The notes beneath the pieces are model-generated. The model saw only the letters and a program-made list of their open reading frames with translations, was not told where the DNA came from and ran no database searches. This document shows positions 38,185-48,164 of a DNA stretch of 64,000 nucleotides, piece by piece. Position numbers and translations under genes: made by a program. How positions within the stretch are numbered: position 1 is the stretch's first letter; each line of letters starts with the position of its first letter. Origin of the DNA: an uncultured Candidatus Saccharibacteria bacterium (GTDB lineage Bacteria > Patescibacteriota > Minisyncoccia > UBA6257 > XYB1-36-10); the NCBI GenBank assembly GCA_964362215.1, contig CAYIDJ010000001.1, positions 13,151 to 77,150 of the forward strand. The letters run 5' to 3'.

Positions 38185-39522
38185 CTATTCCCCAAACACC
38201 TCCTTAACCGGCACCAGCTTCGGATCAGTCGGTAAAGTAAAGTAAAAAGTGCTGCCGCGGTTCAAGGTAGATTCCGCCCACACCTGTCCTCCGTGCTGTC
38301 GAATGACGTTTTTGGCGATATAAAGCCCCAGTCCCGTCCCCTCCGTCTGGAATTTCAAAACATTACTCCCTCGGAAAAACTTAGTGAAAAGGTTGCGCAC
38401 CTCCTCCGCCGGCACTCCCACGCCCGTGTCCGTAATTGACACTTGTATGAACGGTTCTCCCTTTTTCCTCTCCATCTTTACAATCACCTCGCCGTTCTTC
38501 ACGTTGTACTTAATGGCATTATCCAAAAAATTATCCACGGCGATTGCCAGCCGCTTTGCGTCAATTTTTAGGTTTATACTCTCCTCCCCCTGCGGCCGGT
38601 CGTAATAGATGTTTATTCCGTACTGCTTGGCCACCGTCATCTTCTGCGCCAATATATTCTCCAGGAAACTTATAAACTCCACTTCCTGCATCTGGTAGCC
38701 GAACTGTCCCTCCTCTATTCTAGTCACATCCAATAAATCGTTTACTGTCTTTAACGCTTTCGCCGTCGCCTCCCGCCCGTTAACGATAAACTGCCGCATC
38801 GACTCCGGCATCACCTTCTCGTCCGCTAACGTCTCAAACGTCCACGCAATGGCGTTCAGCGGCGTCCGTAACTGATGCGCCGCCACCGTTACAAATTCGC
38901 TCTTTGTCCGCGCCGACTCTATCTCTCTCGTCCGGTCCCGCACAATCTTCATAAAACCCAAGAGTTTCCCCATGCCGTCCAGTATCTTGACCGTCGTCAC
39001 CCGCACCTCCAATACCGGATCTTCAAAAGAAATATCCGTTGTTTGCGGGAAAACTCCCGCCTCCGACCGTATCACCGCCACCGGCGCCAGTGACGGGAAC
39101 ATCACCTGCGCCAGCCGCCGCCATTCCCTCTGTTGAGCGTAGGCGGGCGTAAACTCCTTGCCCTTTATCTCCTGCCCGCTTACGGAAAAAATCCTCTCCG
39201 CCGCCTGATTAAAAACCTGAATCTGAAAATTGGGGTCATAAAAAATAACGCCGTCCTGCAAACTCACGATAATGCTCTGAAAATGCTGTTTTTCCGTCTG
39301 CACGGCGAAATTCGCTTTCGCCAGCCGGAAACTGCTTATAAAAATTATCGTCGCCATTACCAAAAAAACGAACGCGTTTAACGTCACCAGTGACCGCGGA
39401 AAAATAAACATCTGGATTACGGTAAGCCCCACCGCGATCACGGCAAAAATCCAGAACATCTGCATGTCTTTCTGTTTGGAGTAAAAATTTATCTCCTCCC
39501 AGCTTCTCTTTATCCGTCCCAT
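38185..39522 (-). CDS. PAS-domain sensor histidine kinase
   Basis: Two TM, PAS, AAHQLRTPL, NAIKY, DTGVG, GTGLGL. Confidence 0.93.
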   Translation of the reverse strand: MGRIKRSWEEINFYSKQKDMQMFWIFAVIAVGLTVIQMFIFPRSLVTLNAFVFLVMATIIFISSFRLAKANFAVQTEKQHFQSIIVSLQDGVIFYDPNFQIQVFNQAAERIFSVSGQEIKGKEFTPAYAQQREWRRLAQVMFPSLAPVAVIRSEAGVFPQTTDISFEDPVLEVRVTTVKILDGMGKLLGFMKIVRDRTREIESARTKSEFVTVAAHQLRTPLNAIAWTFETLADEKVMPESMRQFIVNGREATAKALKTVNDLLDVTRIEEGQFGYQMQEVEFISFLENILAQKMTVAKQYGINIYYDRPQGEESINLKIDAKRLAIAVDNFLDNAIKYNVKNGEVIVKMERKKGEPFIQVSITDTGVGVPAEEVRNLFTKFFRGSNVLKFQTEGTGLGLYIAKNVIRQHGGQVWAESTLNRGSTFYFTLPTDPKLVPVKEVFGE

Positions 39523-39652
39523 TACTTTTATTATACCACCCCTCCGCATCTATTCCCTCCCATCAACCACCTCACCTAGAAAAATGTAGGGAAATCAAAT
39601 ATAGGCAACTCATAAATACACTTTCGCGCAGTTCTGAATCATAATTTTTTTA

Positions 39653-39811
39653 GCAACCATCCCCATAATGTCTTGAGGGGCGCGTCGGAGCTCGCCGCGC
39701 TTGGTCCAAACACTCAAGATAATTGAGTACTTGGGCGGCGGGCGAGACTGAGAGCGGACGGCCGCTGGAGCCGTCCGACTCGTCCCCGATGGACATTACG
39801 GAGATGGTTGC
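39653..39811 (+). repeat. Structured element family C, copy 2
   Basis: Core identical to copy 1; outer stem base pairs differ. Confidence 0.9.
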
Positions 39812-39836
39812 GTGTTTAGTAACAACACTAATATAC

Positions 39837-42320
39837 TTATAAACTCTTCATCTCTCCCCAACTTTCCCCTCTCTTCACTTCCACCCTAAGCGGCACTGCT
39901 AATTTGAACGCCTCCTCCATCTTTTTTCTTATCATCTTTACCGCCTCCGCCTCCATCTCTTTTTTAACCTCAAATAGCAAATCATCGTGTATCGTCAACA
40001 GCATCTTCACCTTCTCCCCCCACCCCCGCCCCTCCACCTCTTTATCAACCGCGATCATCGCCAGTTTTATAATATCCGCCTCCAGTCCCTGTATCGGCAT
40101 ATTCATCGCCACTCTCTCTCCCTGCGCCGCGAACCGCGGCGAGTTTGACTGTATTTCCGGAATAATTCTTCTTCTTCCCGTCATTGTTTGTGCGTACCCC
40201 AATGTTCGCGCCTCCCGCTTGATATACTCCTGCCATCGCCTCACTGCGTCAAACTCGGTAAAATATTTTTCAATCTTTTCCTTTGCCTCCGCCACCGTAA
40301 CTCCCGCCGTCTCCGCGAACGCTCTCGCTCCCATTCCGTAAATCACCCCAAAATTAAGCACCTTAGCTACCCGCCGCATCTCCGGCGTAACCGCCTTCGG
40401 CTCCACGTTAAATATCCCCGCCGCCGTCTCCGCGTGTATGTCTCTCCCTTCCCGAAAGGCCTCTATCATCTTCCCATCGTGCGCCACCGCCGCCAGTATT
40501 CGCAACTCCACTTGCGAGTAATCAAAAGACAGAAAAACATTTCCTTTATCCGGCCTAAACGCCCCTCTTAACTCCACCGCCGCCTCTCCTCCGTACGGAA
40601 TGTTCTGCAAATTCGGCTGTTCCGAAGATAATCTTCCCGTCCCCGTTCCCGTCTGCAAATACGTTGTCCTCAACCGCCCTAAACTCCGACCTCCGCTATC
40701 GGCGTCACCCTCCACCATCTCCAATATCGGCTCAATGTAAGTGGAAAGTATCTTAAACGCCTCGCGGTATTCCAATATCAGCGACACAACCGTGTGCTCT
40801 CCTTTAATCCGCGTCAAGTTTTCATAACTCGTGGATATCGCCCCGCCCATCGTCTTCCTCACCTTTTTGGTATCAATTTTCAACTCCTCAAACAGCACCT
40901 TACCCATCTGTTTCGGTGAATTAATATTAAACGCGCGCCCCGCCGCCCCGTATATCTTCTTTTCCAGTTTGCTTATCTCACTTTTTACTTTCACCCTTAA
41001 GCTTTCTAACTTGCTCGCGTCCACCTTTATTCCCCTCTCCTCCATTCTCGCCAGTACCGGCAACAACGGCATCTCTATATTCTGAAACACATTTTTTAAT
41101 CCCTGCTCTTCCAACTCCTCCATCAGCCACCCGTATGCTTCCGCTATCTCATCTTTTGTCCCTCCGTATTCTCGCTTCAAAAATCTCTTGCTAACGTACT
41201 CTGGGCTGTAATCTCGCGCGTCCGGATCCAGTAGCCAAAATCCCACTCCCAAATCACCATACGGTCCCGCCAGTCCTTTTTTAATCTCCTCCTTCAGCTC
41301 AAACCCCACCTTAACCTTTCTGCTTCTCTTATCCTCTTCGGATAAATTTTCTCCTCTCCTAACCACCATCATCTCTCCCTTTAACTTTTTTTTCGGATTT
41401 ATAATTTCAAGGTTTGCGCCGGCAAACTCCCCCAATTTTTCATTCCTCATCCGCTTTACCAAACTCCCAAACCCAAGCTTCTCAAAAAATTTACCCAACC
41501 TCTCCTTATCCGCCGCCACCTCAAGTTCGTTAAGTTTCCCGAACTCAATCGGCGCCTGCCGGTTTATTATTGCCAGTTTTTTACTCTCCATCGCCTGCCT
41601 CTCCTGTCCCACTAACTTCTTAAATCGCCGGTCTTCAACATCAAGATTCTTATAAATCTCCTCAATCGTCCCGAATTCCTGCAAAAAACCGACTGCTGTT
41701 TTCGGCCCCACTCCTCTCACTCCCTTTATATTGTCGGACGCGTCCCCCACCAACCCCTTATAATCCGGTATCGCCTCCGGCCCCACTCCAAATCTCTCCC
41801 TCACCGCCGCCTCGTCGTAAACTTTCATCTGACTCACCCCTTTTCCGAATGTTTCCACCGTCACCTCTTCCGCGTCCGAAACCAATTGCGTCTCATCTAA
41901 ATCTCCCGTCAGCACCACCACCTTTCCCGCCCTCCCCTTAAATTTTTCCACCGCTGTCCCGATTAGGTCGTCCGCCTCGTATCCCGGCAGTTCAAATGTC
42001 TTAATGTTGAAAGCCCGGAACAGTTCCCGCGCTTTTATAATCTGCGGCACTAAGTCCTCGTCTGTCTCCACTCGCGTTGCTTTATACGTCTCGTCCATCT
42101 GGTGCCGAAACGTTTCCTCCGGCCGGTCAAAACACGCCAATATATAATCCGGCTTTCTCTCCTCTAATATCTTTAGCAGTACGTTTGCTAGTCCGTAAAG
42201 CGCCCCCGCCGGCTCCCCTGCCGCGTCCGTCAGCGGCGGCAAAGCATGATACATTCGATGTATCAGCGCGTTGGCATCCACTAAAATCAGCAACCCCTTA
42301 TTTTTATTTTCTCCTTTCAT
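39837..42320 (-). CDS. polA: DNA polymerase I
   Basis: 5'-3' exonuclease (YEADD, GDASDNIKGV), TGRLSS.QPNLQNIP, DYSQVELR, IHDDL. Confidence 0.96.
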   Translation of the reverse strand: MKGENKNKGLLILVDANALIHRMYHALPPLTDAAGEPAGALYGLANVLLKILEERKPDYILACFDRPEETFRHQMDETYKATRVETDEDLVPQIIKARELFRAFNIKTFELPGYEADDLIGTAVEKFKGRAGKVVVLTGDLDETQLVSDAEEVTVETFGKGVSQMKVYDEAAVRERFGVGPEAIPDYKGLVGDASDNIKGVRGVGPKTAVGFLQEFGTIEEIYKNLDVEDRRFKKLVGQERQAMESKKLAIINRQAPIEFGKLNELEVAADKERLGKFFEKLGFGSLVKRMRNEKLGEFAGANLEIINPKKKLKGEMMVVRRGENLSEEDKRSRKVKVGFELKEEIKKGLAGPYGDLGVGFWLLDPDARDYSPEYVSKRFLKREYGGTKDEIAEAYGWLMEELEEQGLKNVFQNIEMPLLPVLARMEERGIKVDASKLESLRVKVKSEISKLEKKIYGAAGRAFNINSPKQMGKVLFEELKIDTKKVRKTMGGAISTSYENLTRIKGEHTVVSLILEYREAFKILSTYIEPILEMVEGDADSGGRSLGRLRTTYLQTGTGTGRLSSEQPNLQNIPYGGEAAVELRGAFRPDKGNVFLSFDYSQVELRILAAVAHDGKMIEAFREGRDIHAETAAGIFNVEPKAVTPEMRRVAKVLNFGVIYGMGARAFAETAGVTVAEAKEKIEKYFTEFDAVRRWQEYIKREARTLGYAQTMTGRRRIIPEIQSNSPRFAAQGERVAMNMPIQGLEADIIKLAMIAVDKEVEGRGWGEKVKMLLTIHDDLLFEVKKEMEAEAVKMIRKKMEEAFKLAVPLRVEVKRGESWGEMKSL

Positions 42321-42781
42321 TAAATGAAACTAAACTTTATCTCCCTCCTCGCCCCTCCTAAATGCCTAAACCCTACCCTCTTTATTCCTCTCGGTAAAAT
42401 CTCTTTTATCTTCTCCGGCCACTCTATTAAAATAACATTTTCCGGATTTTTCTTTATTTCCCCAAACCCCAGCGCCGCCAGTTCTTTACCGCTCTTCAAT
42501 CTGTAGGCGTCTATATGATACGCCCGCTTCCACGGCCCGCGACACAGCTCATATTTTTTAATGATTACAAAAGTCGGGCTGGTTACTCTCCCTCGCCCGC
42601 CTAATTTTTTAATAAACCCTCTGGTAAAATTTGTCTTTCCCGCTCCCAACTCCCCCTTCAAAGCGACTATTGTCGCTTGCCTCGCTTCCGATTTCCGGCT
42701 TATCTCCTCCGTGTACTTCCTCGCTGCTTTCTCCATCTCCTCCTCCGACTGCGTTATTATAATTTTCCTTTTATTTTTCAT
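42320..42781 (-). CDS. tsaE: tRNA threonylcarbamoyladenosine biosynthesis ATPase
   Basis: GELGAGKT, VTSPTF, HIDAYRL, IEWPE. Confidence 0.95.
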   Translation of the reverse strand: MKNKRKIIITQSEEEMEKAARKYTEEISRKSEARQATIVALKGELGAGKTNFTRGFIKKLGGRGRVTSPTFVIIKKYELCRGPWKRAYHIDAYRLKSGKELAALGFGEIKKNPENVILIEWPEKIKEILPRGIKRVGFRHLGGARREIKFSFI

Positions 42782-42823
42782 TATTCACAATTTGCCCATC
42801 TATATGTCATTCTCGCTCTCCAT

Positions 42824-42850
42824 GTCATTCCCGCGAAGGCGGGAATCCAG
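42824..42850 (+). repeat. REP-like GTCATT palindrome
   Basis: GTCATTCCCGCGAAGGCGGGAATCCAG. Confidence 0.8.
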
Positions 42851-42907
42851 TCCCAAGGTTTGTAATTTTGTCCGATAATCCCGACCTTATCTTCATCGAG
42901 GAAAAAA

Positions 42908-43423
42908 TTATGGTTCGTGATTAGTTATTAGTTTATACCCATACCCCGCCATCGCCCCAAACACTAAACCCACCGCCACCGCCGTCAATATCATCGGCAT
43001 CGCCGTCCCTGCCGCTATCGCCTCGTCTCCGACTACTACCCCCGTTCCCGCTTCCACTACTTTATTCGCCGCTCCCGGCGTCGGCTCCGTAAAGCTGAAA
43101 AATTCTCCGCCTCGAGAAAAACTCTGTCCGCTCACCGCCGGACCGGAAAACACTGTCTTATCTACCACCTGCCCTTCTCTTAAAAGCGTTACCTCCTCAT
43201 CTTTATTATTAAGAGTAATCTTTGTCTCTTTATAAGGCAAAACTAAAAACTCTCCTGCCTCTATTGTCTTCCCCGTCAAATTAAACTGTTTCCCGCTCTT
43301 GTCTTTAATGCTCCATCCCGCCAACGGCTCTACCGCCTGCCCGTTGTTAAAAAGTTCTATAAACTCACCCTCCGCGTCCGCCCCTTCCGGGTCCGGCAAC
43401 CACTCATTTATAATTACCGTCAT
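42908..43423 (-). CDS. Lamin-tail-domain protein with C-terminal TM
   Basis: VIINEWLPDP..EFIELFN..LAGWSIKD..PTPGAAN. Confidence 0.85.
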   Translation of the reverse strand: MTVIINEWLPDPEGADAEGEFIELFNNGQAVEPLAGWSIKDKSGKQFNLTGKTIEAGEFLVLPYKETKITLNNKDEEVTLLREGQVVDKTVFSGPAVSGQSFSRGGEFFSFTEPTPGAANKVVEAGTGVVVGDEAIAAGTAMPMILTAVAVGLVFGAMAGYGYKLITNHEP

Positions 43424-43494
43424 TTCCTAAAATAATTTAATTTTGGTTGGTTAACCTAATCTTCCTCGCTAAAAAATTTAACATCTACACTGTA

Positions 43495-43593
43495 AGAAAA
43501 AGCTTCCTTCCGAGACCGCACGGAGCACGACGGTGCGAGTCAGAGTGATTTTTCAGCAGAAAAATACACGTGTCTCGGAAGGAAGCTTTTTCT
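43495..43593 (+). repeat. Structured element family B, copy 4
   Basis: 22-bp closing stem with the conserved core. Confidence 0.9.
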
Positions 43594-43634
43594 GAAAGAC
43601 AAAAGACACAAGAAGACAAACTGTACATCTAATA

Positions 43635-44684
43635 TCAAAACTTACTAAACTTATTTAACAACCTCTCCTCACGATTGGGTAAACCTAAGTGTTTGTACGC
43701 CGCTTCCGTCACCACCCTTCCTGCTGGTGTCCGCTTCAAAAATCCGATTCGCATCAGATACGGCTCGTACACGTCTTCAATCACTCCCCGCTCCTCGGAC
43801 ATTGCCGCCGCTAATGTCTCAATCCCCACCGGCCCGCCGTCAAACTTCTCCGCGATTATCGTCAACAACCCCCTATCGGCCGGCTCCAGTCCCAATCCAT
43901 CTACCTCTAAAAGTTCTAATGTTTTATCCGCCGTCCCTGTCGTCACCACGCCGTTACCTTTAACTTGAGCGTAATCCCGCGCCCGTTTAAGAAGTCGGTT
44001 CGCCACTCTCGGTGTCGCTCGTGCCGCCGCCGAAATTTTCTCTACCGCTTCCGGCTCCACCTGTACTCCCAAAAGCCGCGCCGACCGCCCGATGATTTTT
44101 TTTATGTCCCCTTGGTCGTAATAATCCAGTTTGAAACTCGCCCCGAACCGGCTCCGTAGCGGTGATGACAGCAAATCCGCCCGCGTCGTCGCCGCCATCA
44201 GCGTAAACGGCGGTAAGTCCAGTGATAGCGTCCTTGCTCCCGGCCCCTTTCCCACTATCAGATGCAATTTTCGGCTCTCCATCGCCGGATACAAAAACTC
44301 CTCCACCTGCCTGTTTAGCCGATGCGCCTCGTCCACAAACAGCACCTCCCCCGGTTCCAGATTAGATAAAATTGCCGCCAAATCCCCCACCTTCTTCAAA
44401 GTCGGCCCGGAAGTCGTCCGAAGCGGCACCTTCATCTCTCTGGCCGCCAGCGCCGCCAACGTCGTCTTCCCCAGTCCCGCCTGCCCGTGAAACAAAATGT
44501 GGTCGGCCGGCTCTCCCCTTCCCGCCGCCGCCGTTATCATTATCCGCAAACTGTCCTTCACCTTCTCCTGTCCCACATACTCATCCCAATTGGTCGGCCT
44601 CAACGCCTGATCAAAACCATTATCCTCCCCTACTCCCACCACCTTCTCTTTTTCCTTTATCTCCTTTTCCATTATCCCCATCAT
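43635..44684 (-). CDS. ruvB: Holliday junction helicase RuvB
   Basis: LRP..EYVGQ, GLGKTTLA, LYPAME, ATTR, EDVYEPYL..RTPAGR. Confidence 0.97.
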   Translation of the reverse strand: MMGIMEKEIKEKEKVVGVGEDNGFDQALRPTNWDEYVGQEKVKDSLRIMITAAAGRGEPADHILFHGQAGLGKTTLAALAAREMKVPLRTTSGPTLKKVGDLAAILSNLEPGEVLFVDEAHRLNRQVEEFLYPAMESRKLHLIVGKGPGARTLSLDLPPFTLMAATTRADLLSSPLRSRFGASFKLDYYDQGDIKKIIGRSARLLGVQVEPEAVEKISAAARATPRVANRLLKRARDYAQVKGNGVVTTGTADKTLELLEVDGLGLEPADRGLLTIIAEKFDGGPVGIETLAAAMSEERGVIEDVYEPYLMRIGFLKRTPAGRVVTEAAYKHLGLPNREERLLNKFSKF

Positions 44685-44736
44685 ACCAAAATCCTCTTAC
44701 CCCCACACCATTGACAAACACGAATAAATAATATAA

Positions 44737-44836
44737 AGAAAAAGCTTTCTTTCGAGACCGCGCGGAGCTCGACTGGAGCGAGTCAGAGGGATTTTTTAGC
44801 AAAAAAATACCCGTGTCTCGGAAGGAAGCTTTTTCT
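44737..44836 (+). repeat. Structured element family B, copy 5
   Basis: Closing stem with two G-T pairs on the + strand. Confidence 0.9.
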
Positions 44837-44854
44837 GAATATAAGCGCTATCCA

Positions 44855-44883
44855 TTGACTCATTATCAATACTATGCTATAAT
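44855..44883 (+). promoter_or_regulatory. Near-consensus sigma70 promoter with no downstream ORF
   Basis: TTGACT-17 nt-TATAAT with extended TG. Confidence 0.7.
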
Positions 44884-44926
44884 AAGGCAGTTTTGGACAA
44901 ATTACCCTATCTCGCCTCTCTTTGAT

Positions 44927-45079
44927 TAAAAAACTTGGATCTGTGGGCAGGAGCTAAACTACGCTTTAGGAAGGGTTGGTTCACGCTAATCCTCACCTCT
45001 GTTTAGTTCTAATTCTTCTTTTTAAGAAGTTACACACCACCCCGGCTTCGCCGGGCCGCCCACAGATCCAAGTTTTTTA
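44927..45079 (+). ncRNA. Candidate structured sRNA
   Basis: 22-bp perfect closing stem, internal stems with G-U pairs on +, ends in T6, promoter upstream. Confidence 0.5.
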
Positions 45080-45230
45080 GTTCCTTCTCCCCAACAACCC
45101 CCCACTAGTCGAGAGATACCGACACTAAAATATAAAAATAAACTAAGAAAGACGAGTTTTTTATTTACTAAACCGCATACCTGCTAGTTTCTAACGAGAA
45201 ACCCTTTTAACTTAAACTTGCATGAGTAGT

Positions 45231-45446
45231 GTTTAGCTAATATATTTAAGCGCGCATAGATGTGTTGTCAGTCAATATATTAATTACACACTAAACAGCA
45301 TCGTGGAAGCCAAGCTTTCTGTTTGCTGGACCGCGCGGAGCTCGACTGGAGCGAGTCAGAGGGATTTTTTAGCAAAAAAATACCCGTGTCCGGCAAATAG
45401 AAAGATTGGCTTCCTACTACCGCAAACAGAAAATATGTTGGTAAAC
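45231..45446 (+). repeat. Composite element: A-type ends enclosing family B copy 6 (45305-45414)
   Basis: Homologous to 736-962. Confidence 0.8.
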
Positions 45447-45469
45447 CGCCAATCTACCATTTTAAATTT

Positions 45470-47176
45470 TCAAAATTCTATCTCTCCTGTCACTCTCTCC
45501 ACTTCCTCCAAACTCGTCACGCCCGCCAGCACCTTTAACATCCCGTCCTCTTGCATCGTCACCATTCCCTGTTTCCTCGCCATCTCCCTTATATCTAATA
45601 CCGCGTGCTTCTCGGCGATTATTCTTTCCACCTCATCCGTTATCCGGAACAACTCAAAAACCCCCACTCTTCCCTTATATCCCGTCCCGCCACACCGCTC
45701 GCACTCTTTCCTTTGTCTCGGCGTCTCGTAAATCACGCTCGGTACCTTCACACCGTCTTCCTTCCTTACCCTCTCCGGCAGTTTTTCTATAAACCTCTCC
45801 CATCTTTCCTTAAGCGACGGAGTTACCGTCTGTTTCTCTCGGCACTTCTCGCATAACTTCCGCACCAGCCGCTGGGCAATCACCAAATCCAGCGCCGCGG
45901 AAATCAGCGACGCCTCCGCTTTTAAATCCACTAGCCGCGGAATCGCTCCCGCCGCGTCATTGGTGTGCAGCGTGGAAAATACCAAATGTCCCGTCAGCGA
46001 CGCGTTCACCGCTATCCCCGCTGTCTCCTGGTCTCTTATCTCCCCCACCAGTATCACGTCCGGGTCTTGCCGCATTATTGACTTCAAGCCGCTGGCGAAC
46101 GTGTATCCCGCCTCCGCGTCCACCTGTGTCTGTTCAATCCCCTCCAGGTGGTATTCCACCGGGTCTTCAATCGTGATAATCTTCACCTCCGCCGTGGCCA
46201 CCTTTTTCAAAAACGCATAGAGAGTCGTCGTCTTTCCGCTTCCCGTCGGCCCGGTCACCAGCATCATCCCATTGGGTTTTTTAAGCTCCGCCTCCATCGT
46301 TTTTTGGTCGGAGAGCCGGAATCCCAACTGCGTCACGTTAAGCGATATCGTCTCTGGGTCAAGTAACCTCATCACAATTACCTCCCCGTACTCCGCCGGC
46401 GCCATCGCCACCCTCACCTCCACATTGTCCTGCCCTATCGCAATGGTAAACCGGCCGTCCTGCGTCTCGTCGGTGATGTTTAACTTGAGTCCCGCCAACA
46501 GCTTTATCCGCGACGCCACCTGCCTGTAAAAATCCTTCGGCAAAGGCTTGCTCTCCCCTCCCAATACTTGGTGCAACACTCCGTCCAGACGCATCCTGAC
46601 CTCAACTCTCGTCTTCGCCGGCTCAAAGTGTATATCGGACGCTCCCAGCGCCAGCGCTCCTCCGAAAACCGCCTCCAAAAACTCCGTTACCGGCACCTTA
46701 TTGAAATTAAACTCTTCCAACCGCCCCTTAAGTTTCCCCATAGTCGTCATCTCTTTCTTTAAAGTCTGCAGTTTCTCCACGTTAAGCTCCACTCGCCCGA
46801 TTATCTCCCCCGCCGCCCCCGTCACATATTTATAATAACTCCAGGCATGCCTCAATCCGGCTATTGATGTCACAAAAATATCCGGCTTGTATCCCAGTTT
46901 CTCCAACCGAGCCAGCTCTTCCGCCACTCCCGCCGCCCCCAAATCAAAAACCGCCACAATCAGGTCTTTGTTGACTAAATTTACGGCGGCCAATTTTAAC
47001 TCTTTTGCCCTCTCTTCGGGCACTAATCGCAACGCCTCTATTTCCACCGGCGTTGTCACAATATTCAAATACGGTCTCCTTTGTTTCGCCGCTCGCCGCT
47101 CCGCGTCGCGCTCCTCCGCCCGTTGATTAAAACGAATCAGTTTTTCCTGAAGCGCTGTGGAGTTATTTTGTAACAT
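45470..47176 (-). CDS. pilB: PilB/GspE-family type IV pilus assembly ATPase
   Basis: ASDIHFEP, GPTGSGKTTTLY, TIEDPVEY, RQDPDVILVGEIRD, LTGHLVFSTLH, CxxC pairs. Confidence 0.92.
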   Translation of the reverse strand: MLQNNSTALQEKLIRFNQRAEERDAERRAAKQRRPYLNIVTTPVEIEALRLVPEERAKELKLAAVNLVNKDLIVAVFDLGAAGVAEELARLEKLGYKPDIFVTSIAGLRHAWSYYKYVTGAAGEIIGRVELNVEKLQTLKKEMTTMGKLKGRLEEFNFNKVPVTEFLEAVFGGALALGASDIHFEPAKTRVEVRMRLDGVLHQVLGGESKPLPKDFYRQVASRIKLLAGLKLNITDETQDGRFTIAIGQDNVEVRVAMAPAEYGEVIVMRLLDPETISLNVTQLGFRLSDQKTMEAELKKPNGMMLVTGPTGSGKTTTLYAFLKKVATAEVKIITIEDPVEYHLEGIEQTQVDAEAGYTFASGLKSIMRQDPDVILVGEIRDQETAGIAVNASLTGHLVFSTLHTNDAAGAIPRLVDLKAEASLISAALDLVIAQRLVRKLCEKCREKQTVTPSLKERWERFIEKLPERVRKEDGVKVPSVIYETPRQRKECERCGGTGYKGRVGVFELFRITDEVERIIAEKHAVLDIREMARKQGMVTMQEDGMLKVLAGVTSLEEVERVTGEIEF

Positions 47177-47384
47177 GTTAAAAAAGAACCAATTTATTTT
47201 AACCTATTCCTTTTTTTTCCCCAAGTCAAACTTTAACTGGCTATTTTTTATTTGAAGGATTTTTCCCTCAACAACCATAACCCGAAGCCATAGCCGCGGA
47301 TTCCAATGGTCGTATTAATATCTTATAAAAAAATCCCCCATATTTAAAGAAATATAAGAGATTAAGAAAACAAGTATACAAGGG

Positions 47385-48164
47385 TTAAGCCAGTTTCAAA
47401 ATAACCACCCGATGGCGGAGATCAGCATCCCAGCCGCTGCCGTCATCAAATCGGCGGACGCCCACGAAGAGCGAACCGCCCGAACCCACGCTCACATTAG
47501 CCACAAAGAAATCGTTATTGGACTTGAACAGGAAAAAAATGGCGTAGCCGTATGTCCGAAGCCACCGGCGATGTTTTATCACAAAGCCCTTGATCTGGGC
47601 TTGTGTTAAGCGCAGTTTGCCGGCGTCGGAAGAGATAGAGCCAAATATCTGTTTGAAGGTGCCGTTTTTTGTCAGCTCATAGACGGCTGCCTTGGCTTTG
47701 GAGGTTGACTTTCCTCTTTCATCTGCTTTCCACTTACGGAAGTCCACGTCAATTCCGATGGAAGAAGTAATCTCCGCCAGAAACGCGTCCGTAAAAAGGC
47801 CGCGCAGGCGTTTAATTTCCTTTTTCCAACCCGACGTATAATCGTCGGCGACAAACTCAATGGCTCCTTGGTCCGTAACCTTGACTCCCAATCCCTTTGG
47901 AAATTTATCTGTCCTCAAAGCTCCGTCAAGTTTCCCGTTGTAGGCTTTACCGAAGAAATCGGTGATGTTTTTACATCTTCCAATTCCTTCCATTTCGCCC
48001 AATCTGTTTAAGGCGTTTTCCACACACTCCCTGATTATGGGAATGGTATCAAGCTTCCTTATCCAATCGGCCATCGGCGAATTTTTCATCGCCACCCTTT
48101 GTAGAAGGTCATCAATGACTTGCGGCGCTCCTAACTGCGCCTTAAGTATGACTATCTTACTCAT
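47385..48164 (-). CDS. Hypothetical protein with DGR-target-like C-terminus
   Basis: SD AAAGGAGGA before MSKIVIL; C-terminus FVANVSVGSGGSLFVGVRRFDDGSGWDADLRHRVV. Confidence 0.65.
   Translation of the reverse strand: MSKIVILKAQLGAPQVIDDLLQRVAMKNSPMADWIRKLDTIPIIRECVENALNRLGEMEGIGRCKNITDFFGKAYNGKLDGALRTDKFPKGLGVKVTDQGAIEFVADDYTSGWKKEIKRLRGLFTDAFLAEITSSIGIDVDFRKWKADERGKSTSKAKAAVYELTKNGTFKQIFGSISSDAGKLRLTQAQIKGFVIKHRRWLRTYGYAIFFLFKSNNDFFVANVSVGSGGSLFVGVRRFDDGSGWDADLRHRVVILKLA

Noticed and set aside
44927-45079. RNase P RNA or SRP RNA identity
   Set aside because: I could not see the RNase P GAGGAAAGUCC motif or the SRP domain IV motif.
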